Source of the DNA: Candidatus Nanoarchaeia archaeon | Lineage (GTDB): Archaea; Nanobdellota; Nanobdellia; Woesearchaeales; JANQNC01 | Direction of reading: 5' to 3' | Assembly (NCBI GenBank): GCA_028279745.1 | Contig: JANQNC010000001.1 | Location: 510,001 to 542,000 of the forward strand | DNA length: 32,000 nt | Part shown: positions 23,595 to 31,366 of the stretch, in pieces | Numbering within the stretch: the stretch's first letter is position 1 | Layout of the letters: every line of letters begins with the position of its first letter | The notes under the pieces: model-generated | What the model was told of the DNA's origin: nothing | Database searches by the model: none | Seen by the model: the letters and a program-made list of their open reading frames with translations, nothing else | Program-made: the position numbers and the translations under genes

Positions 23595-26500
23595 ATGGTA
23601 AAGTCTAAATCTAAAAGTAAGAAGAAAAATAGTAGTAGAAACAAGAAGGAAATCACTCATGCACTCTCATTAATTCTACATAAAGAAGAAGATCTAAAGA
23701 AAAGAGAAAAACAGCTAAAGAAAGAACACTCCAAAATAAGATACAAAGAAGCAGACCTACTTAGTAAAGAAGCATCACTAGAAAGACAAGAAGAAAAACT
23801 GATCTCAAAAGAAAGACAGCTATTAGCACAAGAAAGAAAAGCAGTACAACAACTAAAAGATACCTCCACCAAAAAATCAGAAGTTACAAGGAAACTAAAC
23901 AAAATAGACAAACACCTGATAGAGACAGAATCAAGAAGAAAGAAAGTACACAATGAACTAGAAGCAAAATCAAGAATAATCTCAGAAAACGACAAACTGG
24001 CAAAGAAAAGAAAAGAAGAACTGGAAAAAGTAATCTCAAAAGTAAAACAGAAAGAGCTGAAAGCACAAAAAGAGACAAAACTAGTAGAACAACAAAAAAA
24101 CAAGATAACACAAAAAGTACACCAGCTAATAAGAAAAGAAGAAGTAATGGCTAACAGAGAAAAAGAGCTTGAAAAAAGAGAGAAAGATCTGCATAAAAAT
24201 TATGATAACTTAACAAAAAGAGAAAAGAACGTAAAATCAGGCAAAGAGACAGTAGCTAAAACAGAAAGACAGATATCAGATCAGATAAGAACAATAACAT
24301 TAGAAAAAAACACACTACTACGGGAAAAATCTGCACTTGAAAAAGAGAAAAAGGATTTACAAACAAAAGAACAAACTGCAGAGACAAAAGTTCAAAGTCT
24401 AACAAGAGAAAAAGATAGGCTAAAATCAGAAATGTTAAGGATAAAGAGACAGACACAACAAGATCTGATAGCTGCAAACAAAAACAAAGCAGAATCAAAA
24501 AAAATAATATTACAATCAAACAAATCAATGCAGCAAGCACAGAAAAAAGACAAAGAGTTAAGATGGCTGCAAAACAAGCTAATACAAAAAAATAAACAAA
24601 TAGAATCTGATGATAAAAGACACAAAGCAGAGCTAGAACACATAGTCCTAGAGAGAAGAGCGCTTCTAAGAGAGATGAAATCCTGGGATGGACAGAAAGA
24701 CAAGCTACAAAGAGACGTTAGCACATTACAGAAAGAAAAAGAAACCGCAAAGAAAGACTTAAGTGTTTTGGTTGCAGAAATAAGAAAGATAGGTGCAGAG
24801 ATAAAAAGAAAAGAGACTGCATCAAAAAACCAAGAATTAAGATCAAAACAAAGCATTACACTTCTAAAAAAGCAAAAAGCTGCACTGGAAAAAGATATAG
24901 CACAAAAACAAAAACAATCAGAACAATCATACAACAAACAAACAAAAGAGCTGGAAAGAAAGAAAGCACAGATACAGCAACTGCAACAAAAACAAGAAGA
25001 AGATCTAAAAAACATAAGAAACAAGAAGATAACAGATATAAAACAGAAAGAAAGTGCAGTGAAAAAGTTACAAGAAAAGTATCTTAAGGAAACTCAAAAG
25101 GCAAAACAAGAGCTATTAGCTATTGAGAATAAGAAAACAGAAGAAAACAAGAAAGCACTTCAGATACTAAACTCAAAAGAAAGAGATATAATATCAAAAA
25201 GCAGACAGATAGAGAATAAAGTTGCAGAGATGCAAAAACAAAGCGATCTTCTAGCAAAAGAAAAATCAATCTTACAAGAACTAGTCTCAAACAGAAAACA
25301 ACTACAATCTGAACTTTCAAGCAAAGAAAGAACAATATTAAGGAAAGAAAAAGCGATCAAACAAGATCTAACCACAATAACACAAAAAACAAAAGAAACT
25401 GCAAAGAAAGAGAAAGAATTTAAAGCAATGCAGGAAAAATACCTAAAAGCAACACAAAAAGAAAAACAAGCACTCTCTAACATAAAAAAATCAATGATCA
25501 AGAAAGAATCAGAGATAAACCAGAAAGAAAACAAATTAAACCAAACAAAGCAAGAAGTTGATTCCAAACTAGCAAAGATAAACAGCGAAAAAGAAAAAAT
25601 AGCGGATCTGACATCAAGGAAAGTCAGTTTGCAAAGAGAGATCTCCTACAAAGAAAGAGCAGTGCAACAAAAGCTCCAAAAAGCAATAAACGATTCAAAA
25701 AGGATAGAAGCAAGAAACAAAAGAGAAGAGTTAAGCTATTCAAGACTACAACAAGAAAAGAAAAAACTACAAACAAAACAAGCAAAAATAAGCAAAAAAG
25801 AAAAAGAGATAGAATCAAGAATAAAACAGATAATCAAAGATGGAGATGTTGTTTCTTCAAAAGAAAAACATCTAGCACAAAAAGAAGAAGATCTAAAAAA
25901 CAAATCAAAAGATGTACAACAGAAAGTAAGAGAAGTTCAGACACTAAAAAGACAGAAAGACAGCTTACAACAGATGCAAAAACAAGCTAAGCTGCAGGAA
26001 GCACAGTTACAGAAAACAAAATCATCAATACAAAGCCAAGAAGGAAAATTATCACAAAAACAAAGAAAAGTAAATGCTGAGAGTAAAGAGATAGAGAAAA
26101 AATTAGCAGGTATAGCACTTGCACAAAAAACCGCAGAACAAAAAGCAAAAACACTAGCAGAAAAAGAGAGTAAGCTTAAGGAAGAAGAACAAAAATTACA
26201 AGAATACATCATAAAAAGGAAAGCAGAGATAGAAGAAAACAAAAAACTATCCTCAAAACAAAAAGAAGAAGCACTGAAGAAACTAAATCTTGCAATAGCA
26301 ACAGAGACAAAACAAAGAACAAAAGAACAAGAATTACAGAAAAAAGCAAGAACTGTTGAAGAAGGCATCAGAAAACAGATAGTTCTATTGAAAAATGAGC
26401 AAGATAAGCTAAAAGGGCAGCAAGCAAAAGCCATGATCAAAAGCAGCAAACTTCAGAAAGAAGTGAATGAGCTTGGAAAAAGAGAAAAACAACTTCTAGG

Positions 26501-27851
26501 AGAAGAACAGAAGACAACATTAAAGATACAAAAGCTAGAGCAGAAAAGGCTAGAGCTTGATAAACAAGTCAAAGCTAAACAAGAAGAGCTGGATAAGAAA
26601 GAAACACAGCTAAGAATTGATGAAAAAATACTGGGAGATAAAGAATCAAGCTTAGTGAAGAAAGTCAGTGAGTTAAAATCTGCACAGAAAATATTCGATA
26701 AGAAAGAAAAAGAGCTGATGAAACAAGAAGAGCTGTACTTGTTAGAGAAACAGATGGCGGCAAAAGCAAATTCAAGCCTAAAAATAAAAGAAAAACAGAT
26801 AGAAGCAAGAGAAAAAGACTATGAAAAGAAAATAATGGCTATCATAGAGGATAAAAGCAGGGTCATAAAAGAACAAGAAGAATGGACAAAAAAGAAAAAA
26901 CAGATCAAAGAAGATGTTCAACAGCTTGAAAGCAAAGAAAAAGAGCTAGAAAATGCATTAAACGCTAAGATAGAAAGTGTGGATAAAGACAGAGCTAAAC
27001 TAGCTGCAATGGAAGACAGCTTACTATCAAAAGTAAGCGAGCTTAAGAGTACAGAAAAATCTCTAGATGACAAAGAAAAAGAATTATTGAAAGGAGAAAA
27101 ACACTACATCAAAGAGAAAGAAAAAGCAGAGAAACAAACTGCGAGAATGCTGGTGCAAAAGGCAAAGATAGAAGAGAAAAACACTCTACTGAAAGCAAAA
27201 CAAGCACAAATAAGGAAAAAAGAAGCAGAGATAAGAGCAAAAGAAAGAGAGCTAGCACAAAAGCTAAAGAAAATAGACAAAGTAAAAGAAGTTAAAGAAA
27301 GCATATCTGTACTAAAGAAGAGAGAAAGAAAAGCAAAGACCAAACTGAAAAAAGAAGAAAAAGACTATGACAAAGAGACTTCAGATCTAATCGCAAAAAG
27401 ACAGTTAATAGCGGATAGAGAGACAAAACTTCACCAAAGAGAGCTTATAGACCAACAAAAAGAGATGGAAATATCAGACAGAGAAATTGCTGTAATGGAT
27501 GCAAAGAACAAATTCTATGAAGAAAAAGACGAATTTGAAGACAAAGAGTTCAAAGCATACATAGAAGAAAAATTACACGATAAAAAACCAGAAACTAATG
27601 TTGAGCTACCAGATATAGAAAAAGAAGCAGTTGTTGAAACTCCAAAAAGAAAAAGAACAAACTTTGAGCTGTATGACATGATCGAAGCAGTAAGAGATCT
27701 GATAACCAACAAGGAAGTTGACAAGGCAAAAGAGCTTTACTCAGAAGTTGAAAAAGCATACAGAAACAGCAAGTTCAATGCGCAAAGCAAAAAACAAGTC
27801 TACTATGACATTCTAGAGCTAAAGACAGACATAGATCTAGCTGCACTATAG
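23595..27851 (+). CDS. Giant (1418 aa) K/E/Q-rich coiled-coil protein, function unknown
   Basis: Heptad-like charged sequence almost end to end. No TM segment, signal peptide or Walker A seen. Short basic N-terminus and an approximately 70-aa helical C-terminal domain (..FELYDMIEAVRDLITNKEVDKAKELYSEVEKAYRN..VYYDILELKTDI..). Confidence 0.8.
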   Translation: MVKSKSKSKKKNSSRNKKEITHALSLILHKEEDLKKREKQLKKEHSKIRYKEADLLSKEASLERQEEKLISKERQLLAQERKAVQQLKDTSTKKSEVTRKLNKIDKHLIETESRRKKVHNELEAKSRIISENDKLAKKRKEELEKVISKVKQKELKAQKETKLVEQQKNKITQKVHQLIRKEEVMANREKELEKREKDLHKNYDNLTKREKNVKSGKETVAKTERQISDQIRTITLEKNTLLREKSALEKEKKDLQTKEQTAETKVQSLTREKDRLKSEMLRIKRQTQQDLIAANKNKAESKKIILQSNKSMQQAQKKDKELRWLQNKLIQKNKQIESDDKRHKAELEHIVLERRALLREMKSWDGQKDKLQRDVSTLQKEKETAKKDLSVLVAEIRKIGAEIKRKETASKNQELRSKQSITLLKKQKAALEKDIAQKQKQSEQSYNKQTKELERKKAQIQQLQQKQEEDLKNIRNKKITDIKQKESAVKKLQEKYLKETQKAKQELLAIENKKTEENKKALQILNSKERDIISKSRQIENKVAEMQKQSDLLAKEKSILQELVSNRKQLQSELSSKERTILRKEKAIKQDLTTITQKTKETAKKEKEFKAMQEKYLKATQKEKQALSNIKKSMIKKESEINQKENKLNQTKQEVDSKLAKINSEKEKIADLTSRKVSLQREISYKERAVQQKLQKAINDSKRIEARNKREELSYSRLQQEKKKLQTKQAKISKKEKEIESRIKQIIKDGDVVSSKEKHLAQKEEDLKNKSKDVQQKVREVQTLKRQKDSLQQMQKQAKLQEAQLQKTKSSIQSQEGKLSQKQRKVNAESKEIEKKLAGIALAQKTAEQKAKTLAEKESKLKEEEQKLQEYIIKRKAEIEENKKLSSKQKEEALKKLNLAIATETKQRTKEQELQKKARTVEEGIRKQIVLLKNEQDKLKGQQAKAMIKSSKLQKEVNELGKREKQLLGEEQKTTLKIQKLEQKRLELDKQVKAKQEELDKKETQLRIDEKILGDKESSLVKKVSELKSAQKIFDKKEKELMKQEELYLLEKQMAAKANSSLKIKEKQIEAREKDYEKKIMAIIEDKSRVIKEQEEWTKKKKQIKEDVQQLESKEKELENALNAKIESVDKDRAKLAAMEDSLLSKVSELKSTEKSLDDKEKELLKGEKHYIKEKEKAEKQTARMLVQKAKIEEKNTLLKAKQAQIRKKEAEIRAKERELAQKLKKIDKVKEVKESISVLKKRERKAKTKLKKEEKDYDKETSDLIAKRQLIADRETKLHQRELIDQQKEMEISDREIAVMDAKNKFYEEKDEFEDKEFKAYIEEKLHDKKPETNVELPDIEKEAVVETPKRKRTNFELYDMIEAVRDLITNKEVDKAKELYSEVEKAYRNSKFNAQSKKQVYYDILELKTDIDLAAL

Positions 27852-27854
27852 AAC

Positions 27855-27866
27855 TTTTTATTTTTT
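27855..27866 (+). terminator. Oligo-T tract after the coiled-coil gene
   Basis: TTTTTATTTTTT lies directly after the stop codon. Oligo-T is the usual archaeal termination signal. It overlaps the 3' end of the convergent gene. Confidence 0.3.
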
Positions 27867-28491
27867 ATATACTATTTATCAAACCTTTTCTAATCAGATA
27901 ATTCTTAAGAATGCCACTTACAGAGAAAACCCCATTAAATAAAGATATCAAAAGCAGATAGTAAAGACTTATGCTTACCACAGAAACAACATGTAAATGC
28001 CACAAGAAAAGAACATAATAAGCAACAGCAATAACAACCAAAGCAACCATAAGAACCTTTTTCAGCTTAATCTGATCTTTTGCAGCATAATAAAGAACAC
28101 CCAGTAAACCTAAAGGCAGTAGTTTCTGAAGAGAGAAGATACTAAAACTAGACACATTAAGCAATGAATTAAGTTCAGCAGCAGCATTTTGAAATACATA
28201 ATACCAAGTCATCAACCAATCCCACTGGATAAGCATACAAACCAAGATAAAAAGCGCCATTCCCTTCTTGAAGTTTTCAGATAAGAATAACAAAGGGAAA
28301 AAAGCTATGGCAAATGCAGCAATAAAAAAACAAAAAGAGACAAAACTATCGGGAAGATAGTGAAAATATATGCTGTCTATCACTGCTAACAGAGGAATCA
28401 GTAAAAGAAAAAGAAGATTTGTCCTTTTTTTTGTGAAAGCTACAAGGAAAAGACAACCGACAACCAAAAAAGCTAGCAATGAAACAACCAT
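27865..28491 (-). CDS. Hypothetical polytopic membrane protein
   Basis: About six hydrophobic helices. Start set to ATG 28491, preceded by GGAGGT; the track start 28515 lies in another ORF's 3' end. No family recognised. Confidence 0.55.
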   Translation of the reverse strand: MVVSLLAFLVVGCLFLVAFTKKRTNLLFLLLIPLLAVIDSIYFHYLPDSFVSFCFFIAAFAIAFFPLLFLSENFKKGMALFILVCMLIQWDWLMTWYYVFQNAAAELNSLLNVSSFSIFSLQKLLPLGLLGVLYYAAKDQIKLKKVLMVALVVIAVAYYVLFLWHLHVVSVVSISLYYLLLISLFNGVFSVSGILKNYLIRKGLINSI

Positions 28492-28492
28492 A

Positions 28493-28621
28493 TTAACCTC
28501 CAAACAAAGAACCATTCACATTCTTCACAGCATAACCCAATATCTGAACATCAGATAAAAATATAAACATCAAAACTATGGCAAGCAGTGCAAGCACGAT
28601 AAAAAACAGTTTATTCTTCAT
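28493..28621 (-). CDS. Unannotated 42-aa single-TM peptide
   Basis: MKNKLFFIVLALLAIVLMFIFLSDVQILGYAVKNVNGSLFGG. ATG 28621 sits 22-30 nt after a minus-strand TATA (CTTTTTTATATGC, about 28641-28652). Its stop is 1 nt from the next gene's ATG, and it contains that gene's SD. Confidence 0.35.
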   Translation of the reverse strand: MKNKLFFIVLALLAIVLMFIFLSDVQILGYAVKNVNGSLFGG

Positions 28622-28657
28622 AATAAACTAACTAAAGAACTGCATATAAAAAAGTTT

Positions 28658-29512
28658 CTAAATTGTATTCTCAATCTTTTTATGAACTGATAAGAACTTC
28701 CTTAAATTTTTCTCCTGCTCATCTACAGAAAGCTTATTGAAAGCAGAACCAAGCCTTCTAGACTCAGCAATAGCATCAAAACCTGGCTTCTTTAGCTTTG
28801 AAGTTATATCAGATGCAACAGAATTAAACACATCAAGATTAGATAATTGTTTAACAACTGCTTTCTTAACTGGTTTTTTCTTAGCTGAGAACAAGCCAGA
28901 CAAAATGTTTTTACTCTTAACCTGCTTAGACTTAGACATAACTTTAGGTTTCACAGGTTTAACTTTAGGTTTTCTATGGAATCTCTTACCTCTGACAGGC
29001 GCCATCAAAGACTTCTTCTCATAAAGGTAAACACCCAACAGAAGAACTACAAATGCAAAAAGTAAACCTACCGTAGATAAGATTGCAAGATCCACACCTT
29101 CATCTTCACTTGTACTTACCGCTCTTTGAAGCTCTTCAGCAGCTTTTTCTTCTTCAATATCTTCACAAGCGACTGAAATTTCATCAAATAGTGCTCTATC
29201 ATCAATACCTGTTAGACTAACCCAACCATTAAAACCGACATCCAGGTTACTGCAAAAGTTCTCAACAGTACAGTCAGAATAAACATCAAGGTCCAAAGCA
29301 GAACATCCTTTAGATATGCTTGGGATAAAATTAACCATCAAACTTCCCTTGCTAGTTGAAAGATCTTCGTTAGAAACAGCCATACCTGTAACACCAATCT
29401 TAAACTGGTTAAAATCAACACTGTTCAAAGCAATGAACAATAAAACTAGAACTGACAATATACCCATCGCAACTCTAGTGTTTTGTCTCTCTTCAACAGA
29501 TTCTTTCTGCAT
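28658..29512 (-). CDS. Hypothetical bitopic membrane protein (Cys-containing ectodomain, basic cytoplasmic tail)
   Basis: N-terminal signal anchor VAMGILSVLVLLFIAL, an approximately 110-aa domain with 4 Cys, a second TM LAILSTVGLLFAFVVLLLGVYLY, then a Lys/Pro-rich tail (KPKVKPVKPKV..). Confidence 0.6.
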   Translation of the reverse strand: MQKESVEERQNTRVAMGILSVLVLLFIALNSVDFNQFKIGVTGMAVSNEDLSTSKGSLMVNFIPSISKGCSALDLDVYSDCTVENFCSNLDVGFNGWVSLTGIDDRALFDEISVACEDIEEEKAAEELQRAVSTSEDEGVDLAILSTVGLLFAFVVLLLGVYLYEKKSLMAPVRGKRFHRKPKVKPVKPKVMSKSKQVKSKNILSGLFSAKKKPVKKAVVKQLSNLDVFNSVASDITSKLKKPGFDAIAESRRLGSAFNKLSVDEQEKNLRKFLSVHKKIENTI

Positions 29513-29547
29513 CTAACCACCTCTCACCATTATTTTTAGTAGAAAAA

Positions 29548-29565
29548 GAGTATATAAATGTTTCG
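29548..29565 (-). promoter_or_regulatory. BRE/TATA promoter CGAAACATTTATATACTC for the 284-aa membrane protein gene
   Basis: Identical 18-mer to 16744-16761. Predicted TSS is about 29528. The short leader has the SD-like GGTGAGAGGTGG before ATG 29512. Confidence 0.5.
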
Positions 29566-29629
29566 GAAACTAATAGAGGGTGAAACCGAAATAACAAAGT
29601 ATAAGAATGAGCAGAACAAAAGTATAGTC

Positions 29630-30679
29630 ATGGCACGTAAAAAACCAAAGATAGGCATAGCGCTTGGAGCAGGTGCAGTAAGAGGCATGGCACATATAGG
29701 AATACTAAAAGTACTAGAAGAAAATGGTTTTGAGCCAGATTATGTGACTGGGACATCAATAGGTGCAATAATCGGTGCGTTCTATGCATCTGGAAGAAGT
29801 CCTGAATGGATAGAAAGATTTGTGCTGTACACAAGATGGAAAGAACTGCTTGATTTTACAATCCCAAATAGAGGGTTTCTTGAAGGAAGAAGTATTGAAG
29901 CATCATTACAAAGGGTAACAAGACACCGAAGCTTTGACGATATAGAAAAACCATTAAGAGTCGTAGCAACAGACATAACAAACAACGAAAAAGTAGTCTT
30001 CAAAGAAGGAAATGTTGCTAAAGCAACAAGAGCAAGCATGTCAATACCTGGAGTTTTTGATCCTGTGGAGATACATGGGAAAAAATTAGTTGATGGAGCG
30101 ATGGTAGACCCAATACCTACTGAAGACTTGAAAGAGATGGGAGCAGATATAGTCATAGCGGTTGATTTAAGTATAAACATACATGAATACTACATGAGCA
30201 AAAAAGACGTAAAAGAACAAGGCGGTTTTACAGAAGTACTAAAAGAAAAATTAGTGACAGAGGAAATAAGACATCTTAAAACATCAATCAAGAAAAGAAA
30301 GTTTTGGGTTCCTAGATTCCTATTGTTCTTATTATCGCCCCTATTAAAACCAAAAAAGATACTTAGATTTATGACCGGAAAACAGATGCCAGAGATAATA
30401 CAGATACTGCTGCAAGCACAAGACATGCTAGGAAACCAACTAAGCAAAGAGAAATTAAAGAATCAAGATATTGACGTTGTAATCAAACCAAAGTTCAAAG
30501 GAGTCAAGTGGGCAGAGTTCGATAAAACAAACCATTGCATACAAGCAGGAGAAATAGCAGCACTGAGAGCTTTACCAGACATAAAAAAAGCGATAAGGAA
30601 ATTTAATAGAGGGAAAAAAGCAAGTTCTGGAAGTAAAAGGAAAAAAGGCAAATTAAAAAGTAAACGTAAAAATAAATAA
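29630..30679 (+). CDS. Patatin-like phospholipase (RssA-type)
   Basis: GIALGAGAVRG (oxyanion Gly-rich loop), GTSIG (GxSxG nucleophile) and LVDGAM (DGA/G Asp). Start moved to ATG 29630 (MARKKPKIG), because the track ATG 29558 lies inside the divergent gene's TATA box. Confidence 0.8.
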   Translation: MARKKPKIGIALGAGAVRGMAHIGILKVLEENGFEPDYVTGTSIGAIIGAFYASGRSPEWIERFVLYTRWKELLDFTIPNRGFLEGRSIEASLQRVTRHRSFDDIEKPLRVVATDITNNEKVVFKEGNVAKATRASMSIPGVFDPVEIHGKKLVDGAMVDPIPTEDLKEMGADIVIAVDLSINIHEYYMSKKDVKEQGGFTEVLKEKLVTEEIRHLKTSIKKRKFWVPRFLLFLLSPLLKPKKILRFMTGKQMPEIIQILLQAQDMLGNQLSKEKLKNQDIDVVIKPKFKGVKWAEFDKTNHCIQAGEIAALRALPDIKKAIRKFNRGKKASSGSKRKKGKLKSKRKNK

Positions 30680-30721
30680 ATCATACCTTTGCTAATTAGA
30701 GGCGGTTCTGTTTATCACTGC

Positions 30722-31315
30722 TTAAATTAAGAAAAGTCTATCTTCAAAAATAATAACTTTGACATTCTTGCCAACAGGTAATTTCTTTTGGTTAACAACA
30801 GGAACAGAATCATAAGTTGTTGGATGCAAAACTTCTAACTGCGGAGTGTTCTTTGTTACTTGAGTCTTGTGCTTCTTGTCAATCTTTTCCAGTTTCTCTT
30901 TATTGTAATCAACAATAACTTTGTTTTTCTTACTTAAGTCTTCCAGTGTAATTTTAGTCTTATTAACAGAAAATACCGAATAAACATTGCCATCAAACAC
31001 CACAACTTCCTTCTTCACCAGTCTTGGAAGGTTTATCAAGACAGTTTCACGAAATATCTGTTTACTGGTTAATTTGTCAATACCGTGAATCTTATCAGAG
31101 AAAATAACTTCCCCGCCTAACCTTTCCTGAACTTTTGAGGCAACAAATCTGAGGAAGGACTTCTTCTTCACGTAGAAATCTACACCCCCCCTAACAATCT
31201 TTTCCTCACTGATCATATTAGGCATTTTCTCTTTCGCAAGCCTTCTGACTAACCTAATCGAGTCATCAGTGCAATTCCTTAACTGCACAATCCCTTCATA
31301 ATAACCTTCGTGCAT
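30722..31315 (-). CDS. NMD3-like protein lacking the N-terminal zinc-finger region
   Basis: YEGIVQLRN.., GGVDFYVKKKSF.., and SDKIHGIDKLTSKQIFRETVLINLP resemble the central NMD3 domain. No CxxC motifs. ATG 31315 is 26.5 nt from the TATA centre. Confidence 0.5.
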   Translation of the reverse strand: MHEGYYEGIVQLRNCTDDSIRLVRRLAKEKMPNMISEEKIVRGGVDFYVKKKSFLRFVASKVQERLGGEVIFSDKIHGIDKLTSKQIFRETVLINLPRLVKKEVVVFDGNVYSVFSVNKTKITLEDLSKKNKVIVDYNKEKLEKIDKKHKTQVTKNTPQLEVLHPTTYDSVPVVNQKKLPVGKNVKVIIFEDRLFLI

Positions 31316-31337
31316 ATATTCTAGAAATGAAAAAGCT

Positions 31338-31345
31338 TTTATATA
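31338..31345. promoter_or_regulatory. Single TATA box (TTTATATA) shared by two divergent leaderless genes
   Basis: Centre is at 31341.5: 26.5 nt from ATG 31315 (minus) and 25.5 nt from ATG 31367 (plus). A-rich BRE-like sequence lies on both sides (GAAAAAGC / ACAAAAC). Confidence 0.5.
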
Positions 31346-31366
31346 GTTTTGTAACAATAAGTCATT

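Noticed and set aside
23657-27724. Many long antisense ORFs (60-210 aa, S/F/C/L-rich) inside the coiled-coil gene
   Set aside because: They are the reverse complement of a GAA/AAG/AAA-rich frame, which lacks stop codons on the opposite strand. They have low-complexity composition, no promoters or SD sequences, and they overlap each other.
29558-29629. ORF-track start (ATG 29558) for the patatin-like gene
   Set aside because: This ATG lies inside the TATA/BRE of the divergent gene (TATATAAATGTTTCG). The family's Gly-rich loop begins right after the downstream MARKKPKIG, and a TATA-like GTATAAGA sits about 25-30 nt before ATG 29630.
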